Source of the DNA: Octopus bimaculoides
Lineage: Eukaryota
Assembly: GCF_001194135.2 (NCBI RefSeq)
Contig: NC_069000.1
Coordinates: 23,601,190 to 23,665,189, forward strand
Direction of reading: 5' to 3'
Length of the DNA: 64,000 nt
Every line of letters begins with the position of its first letter. Within the stretch, counting starts at the first letter, position 1. Below are positions 27,801-41,900 of this stretch, one piece after another. Below the pieces are notes generated by a model, which made no database searches, was not told where the DNA came from, and saw only the letters and a list, made by a program, of their open reading frames with translations. The position numbers and the translations under genes were made by a program.

Positions 27801-30800
27801 TGTAATAACTATTGTCTACTAAAATCAACTGAAACAAGGTCATTTACGTTGCTCAAAAGTCACAGCAATAATGGCGTGGCCAAACTGGGGCACTAGATGA
27901 ACAAGCAAACAAAATGATGGGTTAATTAGGTTAAGTTTTATTTGTGAAATACTGTTGTTTTGAATTTGCTGCAGAAAATGGCCTATGTTTGTGATGGTGA
28001 GTGGGGAGGAGACACTAGGAATATGGCCTAGGTGTCAAGGGGCCGGCAGCCTGAAAAGGTTTGGGAACCACTGATCTAAATATTGGTCACACATTTATAA
28101 ACACTACTCAAATGTTGACATTTTCATAACTTGTAAAACAAAAAAATATATATATATTATTATTAAAACAGTTTGATTCAACCCCATATGACTGTTCATT
28201 GCTGAATGTTACATATGTTATAAATAACATTGTGTTAATATCACTCAGCAATAGTGGCATATGTGTCTGTTCCAATGAGTAGAGTCAAAAGCTCTTTTAG
28301 ATTATATTTTGAATTTCCACATTTTATATCTGGACTGAGATACAACTGAAGGAAAACAAAGAATGAAGAAACAGCATACTAATTCAACCATAAGCCACAA
28401 ACCCATCTTCACTAATTGGAATTTTAGGAAAAATAACAATGAACATTTAAGGATAAGAACATCATAAAAAGATAAAGTTTATTAATTAATCAGCTCTTGC
28501 ACTTATCATGGTTCCACTTCAAAGAAAACCAATGACATATCCTCGCTTCCTCAATTCAACATATAAAAATCATCATCATCCTTTAACACACATAAAAATC
28601 ATCCTCATCCTTTAACAGCCACTTTCTATGCTGGCATGGGTTGGACAGTTTCACCAGAGCTGGCAAGCTGGAGTACTGCACAAGGTTCCAGTCTGCTTTG
28701 GCTTGGTTTCTATGGCTGGATGCCCTTCCTAACACCAACCACTTTACAGTGTGTGCTGGATGCTTTTAACATGGCACAAGTGCTTTTATGTGATGCCAGC
28801 ACAAGTACTTTTTGCATGGTGCCAGCAGAAGACATATACACAAAGGGTATCCATTAAGTTTCTATCCACCAATTTCAGACACAAGGCATTGGACAACCTG
28901 AGGCCAGAGGACACTTGCTCAAAGTGAAACAGTCAGAGAGAAACTGAAACCACATAATTATGAAGCAAACTGTGTCTACATGGCACCATCACACACACAC
29001 ACACCCCAAGCAAGCTTCTGTACAGTTTCTATCTTCAACATTTCATTCACCAAGTATTAAACAACATGGACAGAAAACTCTGTTACATGATTCTGCACAG
29101 GGAACCGAGAACCATGTTGGTTGCAAGCTGAACTTCCTAGCCACACAATATGTCTATTAACCTTTTTAGCATTCAGGTTACTCTGTCAAATGTAAAGCTT
29201 ATTTATTCACATTATTTTGAATTACTTGTGTATTATGTTGTAGCTTTCAGATTTCAATGATGTGGTTGTTTACAGTTAGAATAACAAATGTTGGGTAGGT
29301 GTGAGAGGCCAGATTGGGCAAGTTTGAACATAGAACAGGAAGAATATTTGGGCTGGATACAGCTGGTTTAAATGCTAAAGGGTTAAAATGAATATATAAA
29401 TATCTTACAGTTCTAGTAATAGCTTCTTCCATTATTGTAAACAGCTGACTTAGCCGAGACTTGATTTCTAAAATATTAGTTGCAGCACTCAGTTTTTGAA
29501 ATTTCCTGAAAAACAATCTTTGATCTCTGAAAAAAAAAAAAAATATATATGAAACTACAAGGCATTTTTTCAAGGCAGCATGAAAACAACAAACTTTCTT
29601 GCAAAAAGAAACCTCAACTTACTTGTTAAAAACAGTATTTTTTATCATCTCATCAAGTAAACATGAAATGTGGTTGTAATCAGAACGGTGTTGACATTTA
29701 TATCGGAGAATTAGTACAGATTGAAATAATTTATTGCAGAACAACTTAAGAACCTGTAAAGAGAGAAGAAAAAAAATCTGATTTGAGAATGAAAATTCAA
29801 GAAACTGGGCAGGGATATAACTTGTTTTACAAAAATCATTTATATTTTAAATACTATTTACAACTATTATACATTGATTTATTTAGACTAATTTTGTAGA
29901 TATGGCTGTTTGGTGAGAAGTTTGCTTCCCAACCACATGGTTCAAAGTTCAGTCTCACTGCCTGATACCTTGAGCAAAGGTATTCTATAGCCTCAGGGCA
30001 ACCAAAGCCTTGTGAATTGATCTGTAAGACAGAAACTGAAATAAGTATTTCATGTATATAGAAATGTGTATGTGTGTGTGTATTGCCATCTCTTTGCTTT
30101 GACATTGCATGACAGTTGTAAAAACAAGTGTCACTGTCATGCAAGTGGTGTTCTTCATTTCCAATTTTCCATGAAGACATTCATGTGGAAATATCACCTT
30201 ACTTGGAAACAGGTGAGGATTGACAACAGGAAGGGCATCTGTCAGCAGAAAAATTTGCCTCAACAAATTCCATCTGATCCATGAGAGCATGGAAAAGTGG
30301 ACATTAAAATGATGATAATGAATTTCCTCATTTTGATTGTTAAAGTTACGTTGTGCCCTCCAGCTTTCTTCGGATGTTGTTGAATTTGATAATATTCTTG
30401 AAATTCCAAACTAAACCCTTTATTCAGAACATGGCGGAATAGATTGTTCTCATTTCATTGTCCCTGTTTGGGATATTAGTTGTTAGTTAGTTCTGATGTT
30501 GCTTGCTCATTCTGCTTAAACTAGAGTATATAGATAGATACACTAAACCAGAGACTGAATTCATACCTGCTAAATAAACTATTGCCCTTAACTAATACTT
30601 ATATTGCATAGTTACAGCTGCCCTTTGGCAAGGCAAAGCACCCATTCAGCAAAGTCATTGGACTGCAGCCTGGTAGAGTGTGAAGAGGTTGTGGAAGAGC
30701 TCAACTGAACCAACAGTGCTTCTTACATTGATTATGAGCAGAAGAATCCCAGAAGATCAATGGCCAGGATCACCAAGCTCCATCAAGAGAGTAACTGCAA

Positions 30801-32951
30801 TGCATCCATAAGGGAAGTATCTATGATTGTGTAATCAGCTAATGAATGATTCACTATGACTCAAGCTCCCAATTGAAACTCATAATAAAAAATGGATGGC
30901 AACAGGGAATCATAGGAATCTGCAAAAGCAATGAAAAGAAAATAGTGACTATATTATTGTCCCATAACTAATGGAAAATAGAAGCCTTAAATTTAATTCT
31001 TGATGAGGACAATAGTCTGAATGAATCAATGTATAAAAATGATAATTCCTCACTTTCAGACAAAATCTATTTTAGTTTATAACACAAGTTCTATGTTAGC
31101 ATAAGTCCAGTAGTTAGGGAGTAAATTGACATGTTTGCATTGTCCCATTTGCTAACCACTCAATCATGAAATATATACTGTAAAATAGTGACATCTATCC
31201 CAAAAGAAGAAAGAATTTATACTCTGAATTTGGCTCAGATAAAAATACCTACACATAGCAATATCAACAGGTTTGTATCAAGAGAGAAAAGTCACTGGAA
31301 GACACACTATTCATTCCACAACTCAGATTTAAACATGAGATTGTTGCTAGACATTAGCCTAGCAACAATCTCATCTAATTTGATATCACATGACATGACA
31401 ACTTCTGACATTTTAAATGATAAGCAATAAAAAAAGCCATGTGGATTTGGTTCTAAGATAATGGATCTCAGATTATAATATTTATTCATCTGAAGGCAAT
31501 CAATTTTATTTTTTAGAGCACCTGAAAAGATAATATCAATTGACTTCTTTGAGTCTTTTTTCATCAGTTAATCAGTGAAGGAGGGACAGCATCCAAAGAC
31601 CTTTGTAGACTCTCCCAGATTGGGGAGGTTAATATAGCTGAACATGTACAGAAAAATAGTAGGCAAATAGGGAACTGGAGTCTGGTCCAAATGCTTCAGA
31701 GAGTTGACCTCAACAAAAACATTCATGGACCAAACAGAGGTGTCAAACTAGGCAACAGGTTTGACCTATTGTTCAATACATAAGTTTCCATTCCCATTCA
31801 CTGAGAATGATTAGTATTCATTTGGATTCTCAAATGAAAATCATGTTATAGATTTAATTATATAGTTAACCACATACACATACAACAGCATGGATTTCAT
31901 TATGCAGTTAATATACATTGCCACACATTTTCCCTGCCATTTTACATCTATGCTTCCCCTAAGTATGTATGAATGGAATGATTTATTAATATAATTCTAA
32001 ATGTGTCAGACAAGCTGACAAGACGTTTCTACCTCCTATATTGTGATTGATTTAGGGTAGGAAGAACAGCCAACAGTTAAAAGTATTTGTTCCAGCAATA
32101 CGTCAATATCAAAATGATCAAAAGCAACCCAATATAAACATGGTGCAAGAAATATAAAACATGTTAATTATCTCTAACAAAGAACACAGACATTTTGAAA
32201 AGAGATGGTTCAGTAAACTGCTGATTGTCATAATCATTTCAGCAAAGGAAAGCACAAAATGTGAAAAAAATTGTTTCACATCTTTTATCATACTGACATG
32301 AGTGTGGTAATTTTGTAAATAATCCTTTACAGTAGTAATGATGATGACAGAAACAATAGCAATTGTGATACTGCTGCTGGTGGGCAATAATACAGAAACC
32401 ATGATGATGGTGATAATAGTCGTGCAGGGGCAAAAAAAGGCAGTGGCAAGGTAATGATTGTGGTAGTGATAAAAGAAATAGTGGTGGTGGTGTTGTAGTT
32501 GAAGAAATGGTGGTGCTGATAGTGGTAGTACTGGTAGAAGTAATGGTGTTGGTAGTGGTTTAAGAATGATGTGATGATGGTAGTACTAGTGGAAAGAAAA
32601 ACAGTGATGGAGGTGGTGGTAGAGAGGTGGTGTTAGTTGTGGTAGAAATTATGAAGAAGTTGATTGAAGTAATGACAACATTAGCAAAGAAGGAATAAGT
32701 CAGCCTCTTTACCTGGACTTGGTTACAACTAATTTTTTGACAGTCACAGAAAGACTTAATCAGACTAGTTAACATGTCATCAATATGTTGCTCCATGTGA
32801 CCAGTTGTAGCAAGTTGTTGCAGACTTATGCTGCTGACAGCAGACAAAAGGTTAGCCTGAAGTAAAAAAAAATAAACAGATTTATGTTACTTTAAACCAT
32901 ATTATCTGATTCACTTATATACAAGCACTTTAGCATTTGCCCTTTTTCACT

Positions 32952-32988
<37 letters not shown>

Positions 32989-35900
32989 CTTCTTACATCT
33001 AAACACATATATACTCGCTTATACAATAAAGCTATCATAGACAATCACATATATATACATTCATATACTTTCTGACAAACAAACTCACACAGAAGGCCGT
33101 GGATGTCAGAATCTGTAGAATATTGTACAAAATGTCTTAAGGTATTTGGCTACATCTCTTTACATCCAGAATTCAAATCCTACCTAGACTGACTTGTCCT
33201 TTCATTCTTCTAAGATTAATAAAATAACCAGTCAAGTATTTGGTGCCAATATAATCAACCGTACCCTGAAGGTAATGTTGGAGTATGGTCAGCCTACATA
33301 CTGTTGTTTGAGCTCCTTGACTGCAAGACAGCATCATGGGAAATGTCCCTTTAAGATGCCAAATGTTGAAAAACACTAAATACCTCAAACAAGGCAAGAC
33401 AACTTTCCCTGTAAGCGATTGAGAACGGTGGATATCAATATTTTGCTGTTTTTCAGCTTCCCAGCACTATGTATTAAATCACGTCAGAATGGATCGCGAT
33501 GGCTGATTTGTGGTATATATGCAAATAGTGCAGTCTATCTGCTGATGTGCAACAGCACCACACAAGGAAAACAAAATAAAATTATGAATTATAAGCAGCT
33601 CTAATAATGCAAACATTATTATACCACATACTGTATGTGCTATATATATTATTCAAATGTCAATAATTCTGCAACAATTGCCAGATACTAAACTGCTTGC
33701 ATACAATAATAATGTCCAAATGTAAAGTATTCTGAGAGCTCATCCAAGCTTTCAATCTCATCATTTTCTTGCCGCAGAAGCACTGAATCTAAAGCATTAA
33801 AGATTATAAACAATTGGTTATATGGGACTGAGTAATATTTGTGTAAAAGAATATTGCTGATACTTACCATGTTTTCAATGTTTGAGGTAAAAAGGCAGGA
33901 CAAGGCTGGAGATGACAACAACAACTTACAGCAAACTATTACACTGTCGGAGTACTTCAATTTATTTTGGGACACATTGGTCAAGCTGGAAATTAACATC
34001 TGCAAAGAATATAAGAAATGTTTATATATTTTGTCTTGTCTGAAGAAGGGTGGGATGCCACAGCCTTTCAAGACTTACAGAAATACAGAGGAGGAGAAAG
34101 AGACATTGTATAGGTGAAATATTGAATTTGAACTTTTGAAAATTTGTAGATGAAGATAAACATATGAAGAGAGAGAGAGGGAGAGTAGGGGAATGGAAAC
34201 AGATTTCCAGAAGGAGACAAATATGAGTGGCATGTAAGATAATGGCACCAGCTAGACTATTTTATGCCTAAAAACAAATTATTTTAAAATATTACTTAAG
34301 CCTATAGTTTACTAGTTTCATAATTTTACACACACACACACACATATATATATATCACCTCCATCAGTGTTTTAATGTCCACTTCCCAAGCTTATATGAA
34401 TCAGACAAAATTCATTGTGGCAGATTTTCTAGGGCTGGATACCTGTCTTGTCACCAACTCTCACCTGTTTCCAAACAAGGTAATATTTTCCCATGGCCAG
34501 ACATTTTTCATAAAAAGCTGGAAACAAATTATATCATTAGTATGATGCAATGTTCATTTATAACTAACGCATGATGTCCAGACAAGGATACATACATGCA
34601 ACAGGTCTCTTTGAGTTCCCATCAACCAAATCCACTCACAAGCCTCTGGTCAGCCCAGAGCTATAGTAGAAGACAGTTGTCCACAGTACATGCAGTGAGA
34701 CTGAACCTGAAACCACTGCTTTTCCATGCTGGCATGGGTTTAATGGATCATCATGAACTGAATCAGTTCTTCATAGTTACTGCCCTCTCAGGCAGGTGGG
34801 GAGCCATGTCTTGCTTCTACATCCAATATCTGGCAGGTTTTAATGATTGGATGTTATTCCTATTGCCAATCACTTTACAGATCATACTGAGTGCATTTAG
34901 CAAAGCACCAGCACAAGAGAGATTGTCATGCTCCCCGCAACTCTAAAAACTTTCCTCTGCTCTATATTGTTTCTAATTGTTGACCAAAATTAGATGTTTA
35001 CAGTACCCGGATTCCCAAAGCAATCACCAGTATAAGAACTAGGTTTGATGATGACTAACTTCAATGATTGAACAACAAATGGTGTTGTCCAATAGTGCAC
35101 ACACAGTTTGTATTGAGAAATATAAATATTCCAACTGGGTGAAACATCCATGTATACTTCAACAACTGTAGACATTGTAGTCTTTTGTAGGTTTGCAGTG
35201 TTGAATTAAATTTGTTTCAAAGTGAAAGCTACTTGCAACAAACCACCAACCTATACAGAAAAGATACATTTTTCATGTGCACAAAGCTGAACGAGAGTTC
35301 AGCACTGGCCCTATAAATTATTATGATTTTGTAAGAATTAGCTTATACTGTTATATGTATCTGTAAAAAGAGAAGAACAATGTCAATAAACAAAAAGAAA
35401 ATGAAAATTTTACAATAAAAATTAATATGAAAATAAATAAAAAGAGAAGACAAATACTCACAGAGCTGAAAGATGGTTTCAGAACTATAACCTGCTTCTT
35501 GGATAACCGTTGCTGCATTTTCTTTGTAAGTAGAAGCCATTCCAGGCAATGCCATATGGCTTCAAAATCTTCATCAGACAAGTTTTTTCTATAAGAAGAA
35601 ATTAAAACATTCCCAGAAACTACCAAATGTTGGTGATGGCAAAGATTAACTTTGCATTGCAGTTACCTACCTGCATCAAGGCAGTGAATATTTTGAGTCA
35701 CCAAGGAGCTTCTATATGAGATCTGATCAATAAGTATCTGGACTGTTGCCATAGTAATGAAGCTAAAGCATGCAGAGCAAAGCTGCTTGGCAAAGATTGA
35801 CTGTGAACTCTGCTGCGCACATGCACTAAGTTTTAACGTTCTAGCTCACTTCTGCTATTTACAGCAGTGCTTGGAAGGAAGGTGTGTAGCATGTAATCAT

Positions 35901-38900
35901 CGCATTGACTATGACAGAGGAAGTTGTCATGGCAAGATCTGCTCAGAAGCCTACATAAAGTTGCAGAATGTGTATAGAGAGGAGTGTATGAGCAGCACAC
36001 AAATGTACAATTGGCTCAGACGTTTCCAAGATGGCCAAAAAAAATGTAAATATTGACAAATGTTCTGGAAGACCCGCAACCAGCAGAACTGACCTGAGAA
36101 AAACATCACAGATGTGCGTGCGGCTGTGAAAGGAAATCGTCGAATCACCATCTGTGAGTTATCAGATTAGTTACAGTTCAGTTCAGTCCATTATCACTGA
36201 AGATTTGGGTATGAGACACATGTCTGCCAAGTTTGTGCCAAAATTGCTTTCAGCAGACCAAAAAGACACTCAGGTTTCAGTTGCACAAGATTTCCTTAAT
36301 CGTGTTGAGAACAATGAAAACTTTGCATAGGCCTCTGAGCAGGTATCACCAAGCTTTTGGCAAAATTTGATGCAGATTCTGTTCAACTTTTTCTGTCATG
36401 GTCAATGCGACAATCACACACTACACACCTTCCTTCCAATCACTTCTGTAAACAGCAGAAGCAGCTTCACTCAGTGTGCTTTAGCTTCATTACCACAGCA
36501 ACAGTCTGGATACTTATTGATCAGATCACGTATGATAGTTAAGCAGAATCCCTTCAAGCCACACCCTACTATTGGAAAAAAAAAATTAACATTTTGGACA
36601 ATATAATCTTGGATGACCAAAAAGACATGGTCGTGGTTGGAACACTTTGATCACAGGTCTGTTTAGTCACAGCTGAATAAGCGCTGAATCAACAATACTG
36701 AATACTTTATTGGTAAATCAGAAACCAACAACAAAATTACAAAAGCTCAAGTCCCAGACGATACTGCACAGGATTATGCAGCATAACCAAATAAGAATAT
36801 AACATTGTTATTATAACAAAGAAGACTATATATCATTACTATTATAATTGAACACATTGCTAAGAAGAAAGTAATTACTATGAACAAATTAGCTATCCTA
36901 ACATTAAACTACTGACTGAAAGGTAAGGTAACTGAAATCTGACATTGCATTCAAAATTATTACAGAATAACTTGCTAAAAAATGTGCTTCCATAGCAAAT
37001 ACAGAAATATGAATTAGTATTTATGGCACAAATATTTTTTAAATACCTTAAAAAAGTGATTGTAGTATCATCAAGTTGAAATTTAAGAGAATCTGATTCT
37101 AAAAGAACACACCAACAGAAAATAACATCATCATTTTAACATCTATTTTTCCATGCCTGCATGGGTCAGATGGAATTTTGTTGATGTGGATTTATATACC
37201 AGAGGGTGCTCTTCCTGTTGCCATTCCTCATCTGTTTACAAATAAGATAATATTTCCCTGTGATAGACAAGTTTCCATGGAGGATTGGAAATAGACAATA
37301 CTACTTGTATGACAGAGACATTTGTTTACAGCTATTATACAATGTCAAGGCAAGGAGAATAAAACACACATATATACTTATATATATGCAACAGGCTTCT
37401 TTGTTTCCATCTACCATATCCACTCACATGGCTTTGGTTGGCTCAGGGCAATAACAGAAAACACTTGCCCAGAGATGGCCCAATTGAACTCAGATCTTAA
37501 CAGTTGTTCATTGTACATCATTTTTTTTTTGGTTTGGTCTTGAGACATGGTTTGTACTATGGCCTTCAAGGCCCTCCAAAATCAGTAAGATCAACACAAT
37601 TAATATTTCTCTTGCAAACTGATGGCTGCAGAAAAAAATGCTAAGGAGAGATTTTCAGAAGGCTGGTATTTTGGGAAGAAAAGATTGGCAAAGATGGAGA
37701 ATAGGTGGCCACAATGTAAAAGATGAGAAGAGACAAATGAGTCAAAAGTGTTTGTGTAGAGATGGCACAAGACTAACCAGTAATGAAGAACAAAGACCAA
37801 TGGTAGAAAAAGTAGATGAGACAGCATGTCTGTGGGCTAGATATTGAAGCATGTTGGTGAGTGACTCCAAGCCAATTAGTTGGGTGATCTCTTTTTTGGA
37901 CATATTCAGCAGCAGAATTGTCCTAGATATGTCAGTAATACTCTCCATGGTTCTCAATTGAGTTTTGTTGAGATTTAGCTGTTATTAGAACTAAAGTATT
38001 TTCTAGAGCTGAAGAGGAAGAACAGTCTTTGTGATGCTGTCTCTGTTATGTTGAGGATGTATGTTAGCTAGGAGATATAATCAGATGGTGAGACCTAGTA
38101 TTTGTAATGACCTTGGAGGTTTTAACAGTGTGATATGTGGATATGTGATGGACATTTGTGATAATACAGTGTAACACAGTGATCAAACATCCCAACAGAT
38201 GCAGAAACAGCCATGGATTAGCAAAAGCTGATCAGATGAGATAGAGATGAAGCATGTTTGGAGTTTATTATGTATCAGACAGGGAGGAATGTAGAGGAAA
38301 AATAAACTAAATGCAGAGTTGAGGACTACAAAAGATTTGGTTTCTTCACTAGCAGCATCAATATAGGATGAGCGTGGAGCAAAGAAGTGTTGAAGTCACA
38401 GAGGGTGGTCACTTGCAAGAGAATTGAGGTGAAAGCTATGTCTTTAATGCAGGAAGAGATATCGTCAAAGAAGTATATAGAGGAGTGAGGAGGGAAACGT
38501 TGTGCTAGAGTAATTGGAAGTTCTTATTGCTGATATACAAAAGAGGAGTGGTAGGCAGAGTGGAATCTATATATGCATAAATACCATCTTTTTCTTTTCA
38601 TGCAATTCTGGATAGAGATCAACTATAGGTAAGTAAATCAGTTCATAGCAACATTGTTGTCATGAATCCTTATCACGTAACTATTATACAAAATTGAATG
38701 AGATAGTCAACATATCATCATAAGACAAGTAAATTAAAAATAGATATTAAAGATATACCCTTAAAACTTAATACAACATAGATAAAACAAACCATTTTGA
38801 AGTTATGAAACACTGAAAGAACTTAGTTAATCAGGAAAAAATATACAGAGAATTAATAATGAATAAAAGAACCTTAGAGTTAATCTAGCAAAAACCAAAG

Positions 38901-41900
38901 TCTTAGTAAGTAGAAGAGCAGACAAATCACAAATCTTTTCAGGTAGGTAGCCCTGCTCAATCTGTAGTAAAGGTGTAGGTAGAAACTCCACAAGATGTAG
39001 CTTGTGTAATCTATGGACACATAAGTGGTGCAACAATATCAGAGGAAGGTTAACTGGGAAAATAGTCTTTGTGTGTGGAAGGTGCACAGGTACAATATAC
39101 ACTAAAAATGTACAGAAAATAGACTCCATCAAATGCCAGTGGGGATATCTAGAAGTAGTTGATAGCTTCTGTTACTGAGGTAACCAAGTCAGTAGTGGGA
39201 GTGGATGCTCCAAGAGCATAGCTGCTAGAATAAGAATAGGCTGGGCAAAGTTCAGAGAGCTTCTGTCCCTGTTGGTAACAAAGGGCCTCTTTCTCAGAGT
39301 GAAAGGTAGACTGTATGATGTCTGTGTGCAAATAGCTATGCTACACAGCAGTGAAATATGGGCTGTGACCAGCAAGGACATGCGTAGGCTTGTAAGAAAT
39401 GAAGCTAGTATGCTTCACTGTATGTGTAATGTCAGTGTGCATGCACAACAGAGTGTAAGCGTCTTGAGAGAAAGGTTGGGCATAAGAGGCATCAGACGNN
39501 NNNNNNNNCTGTGACCAGCAAGGACATGCGTAGGCTTGTAAGAAATGAAGCTAGTATGCTTCACTGTATGTGTAATGTCAGTGTGCATGCACAACAGAGT
39601 GTAAGCGTCTTGAGAGAAAGGTTGGGCATAAGAGGCATCAGACGTGGTGTGTAAGAGAGACGACTGTGCTGGTATGGTCATATGATGCGTATGGATGAGA
39701 ACAGCTGTGTGAAGAAGTGCCAAACTCTAACAGTGGAGGGAACCTGTGGAAGAGGCAGACTCTGGAAGACATAAGACAAGGTGGTGAAGTACGATCTTCG
39801 AATGTTGGGCCTCATGGAGGCAATGACAAGTGACCGAGACCTTTTGCAATATGCCTTGCTTGAGAAGAACCATCAAGCCAAGTGAGATCATAGTTGTGGC
39901 TGATGCCAGTATCACGTAAATGGTACCCATGCTGGTGGCACATAAAAAGCACTATTTGAACATTGGGCCTCAAGAGGCAGTGACAGGTAACTGAGACCTT
40001 TGGCAATTTACTTGAGATCTGTCAAGTCAAGTGAGATCATAGTCATAGCTGATGCCAGTGTTATGTAACTGGCACCCATGCTAGTGGCATGTAAAAAAGC
40101 ACCCATTACACACTCTTGGAGTGATTGGTGTTAGGAAGGGCATCCAGCTGTAGAAACTATACTAAATCAGACTGGAACCTGGTGCAGATCTCCAGCTTAC
40201 AAGTTTTCATTCAAACCGTCCAACCCATGCCAGCCTTGAAAATGGACGTTAAATGATGATGATGATGATGATGAAACTTATTGTTTTTTTTGTTTACCTT
40301 TTCTTGTTCAGCAGCAATCCAACAATAAAATCCAACAGGACTTCAGTCTTATTTGGTATAATGACTGACTCAGAGATCCATAAATATTTCACCAATTTTA
40401 ACTTTACATTCAATGGTGTTGTTATGGACTTCAGACGTATAAACACACCTGAAAGAAATAAGTTTATTATATTGTATAAGCAATCATATTATATCATAAC
40501 TAGAGCTCATCACATGCCATTTTATGGCCTCATAACTTCCTACAAGATGTACATTTTTAGTGAAATTTTGCAAAAAATATATTTTTGAGGGTATACATTA
40601 TAATTTTGTTGATAACATTTAGGAAAAAAATCAGAGGGAAGAGACTGGATCGTATTCTTCCACACTCCATTACATAATTTACACTCTCAAAAACATATTT
40701 CTACAAAATGTCATTTTGTAAATGAGAAAACAAAAATCAGGAAAGAGAATGATCCAAAACTCCTTGAGATCTGTACCACTGAAAACGTATCTGCAATATT
40801 TTATTTAAAGATGTGCATTTTTCAGAAAGTTATCAAGAAACAAAGTTGAAAATAGGAGCAATGTGTAGTTTTAACTATATTACAACACTTTCAGAATGGA
40901 TGCTTCTATAGCATTTTCTTGATCAACACAGTACAATCATTTAGTCATTCCTCATTACTTGGCAAAGAAATAGCTACGGTAGAAGTTAGCTGAAATACAA
41001 GTGAAATAGTAGATATGTTAGGTACTGATGCGGTGGAGATGGAGATATATCTGGTATTGATATATGGTGGGGGTACCTAAGATATTAGTGTATTGGGGTT
41101 GAGACTCTCATGTGAAGTGGATATCTGAGGGTACTGATGCAGTGTATATCTATATCGAAAAGTACTGATGGTGAAGATGGTGACATCTTAGGTTGATACC
41201 CGAACTAGTTTGAGTATGGAGTGGAGAATATCGAAAATAATGATGGTGGAGATAACTAAGGTGCTAATAAAGAGAAGGTGGGATACCAGAAGTACTGATG
41301 TACCGAGGTTAGATATCTGAGATACTAACGCTTGGGTCAGTATCTTAGATATCCCACTGCCTTGGGGTGAAGGTGGATAAATCTGAGTTACCAACGGAGT
41401 TGGGATGAGGATATTTGAAAACTATTGGTTTCTCAGGCATAACATTTAACAAACAAACGATAAATTGAATCATCTTTAATTTAGACGGCCAAATCGCATT
41501 AACTTTTCAAAGAAAGTATCAATTTCTTAAAGGGTACTTTTTTTTTTACAAATTACAAGGTGTCATGAGCTATCGCAAGTTCCTACTGCGTCAACGAATG
41601 CTAAATGTCTCCCTTGATACACGAAGTCAATGAATTACCAATAAATTTCGTTGAAGGTTTTATTAATAGACAGAGGATGTAGAAAGAACTGTTTTGATCC
41701 GAGATGCAACAAAAGCTATCAAGACACTAATGTTTTGTTTAATGATTGTTCTTATATTTCAATGGGAGAAGGGGTATGAAAGACTTACAATATTTGTAGA
41801 CAATTTATGCTTTCAGTGACATTGTTTTCAAATTAATGCAAAGATATTTAGAGAGTCATGTAAATAAATAGCACAAAATATGAAAATTTGGAAGCATAAA

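Noticed and set aside
31307-31564. 85-aa minus-strand ORF as a URB2 exon
   Set aside because: No compatible splice sites, and exons 5 and 6 join directly.
32239-32690. His/Thr/Pro-rich ORFs
   Set aside because: Translations of a degenerate trinucleotide tract; only 32713-32856 is exon.
39359-39643. Exact duplication of about 135 bp on either side of a 10-N gap
   Set aside because: A typical unmerged contig overlap, i.e. an assembly artefact.
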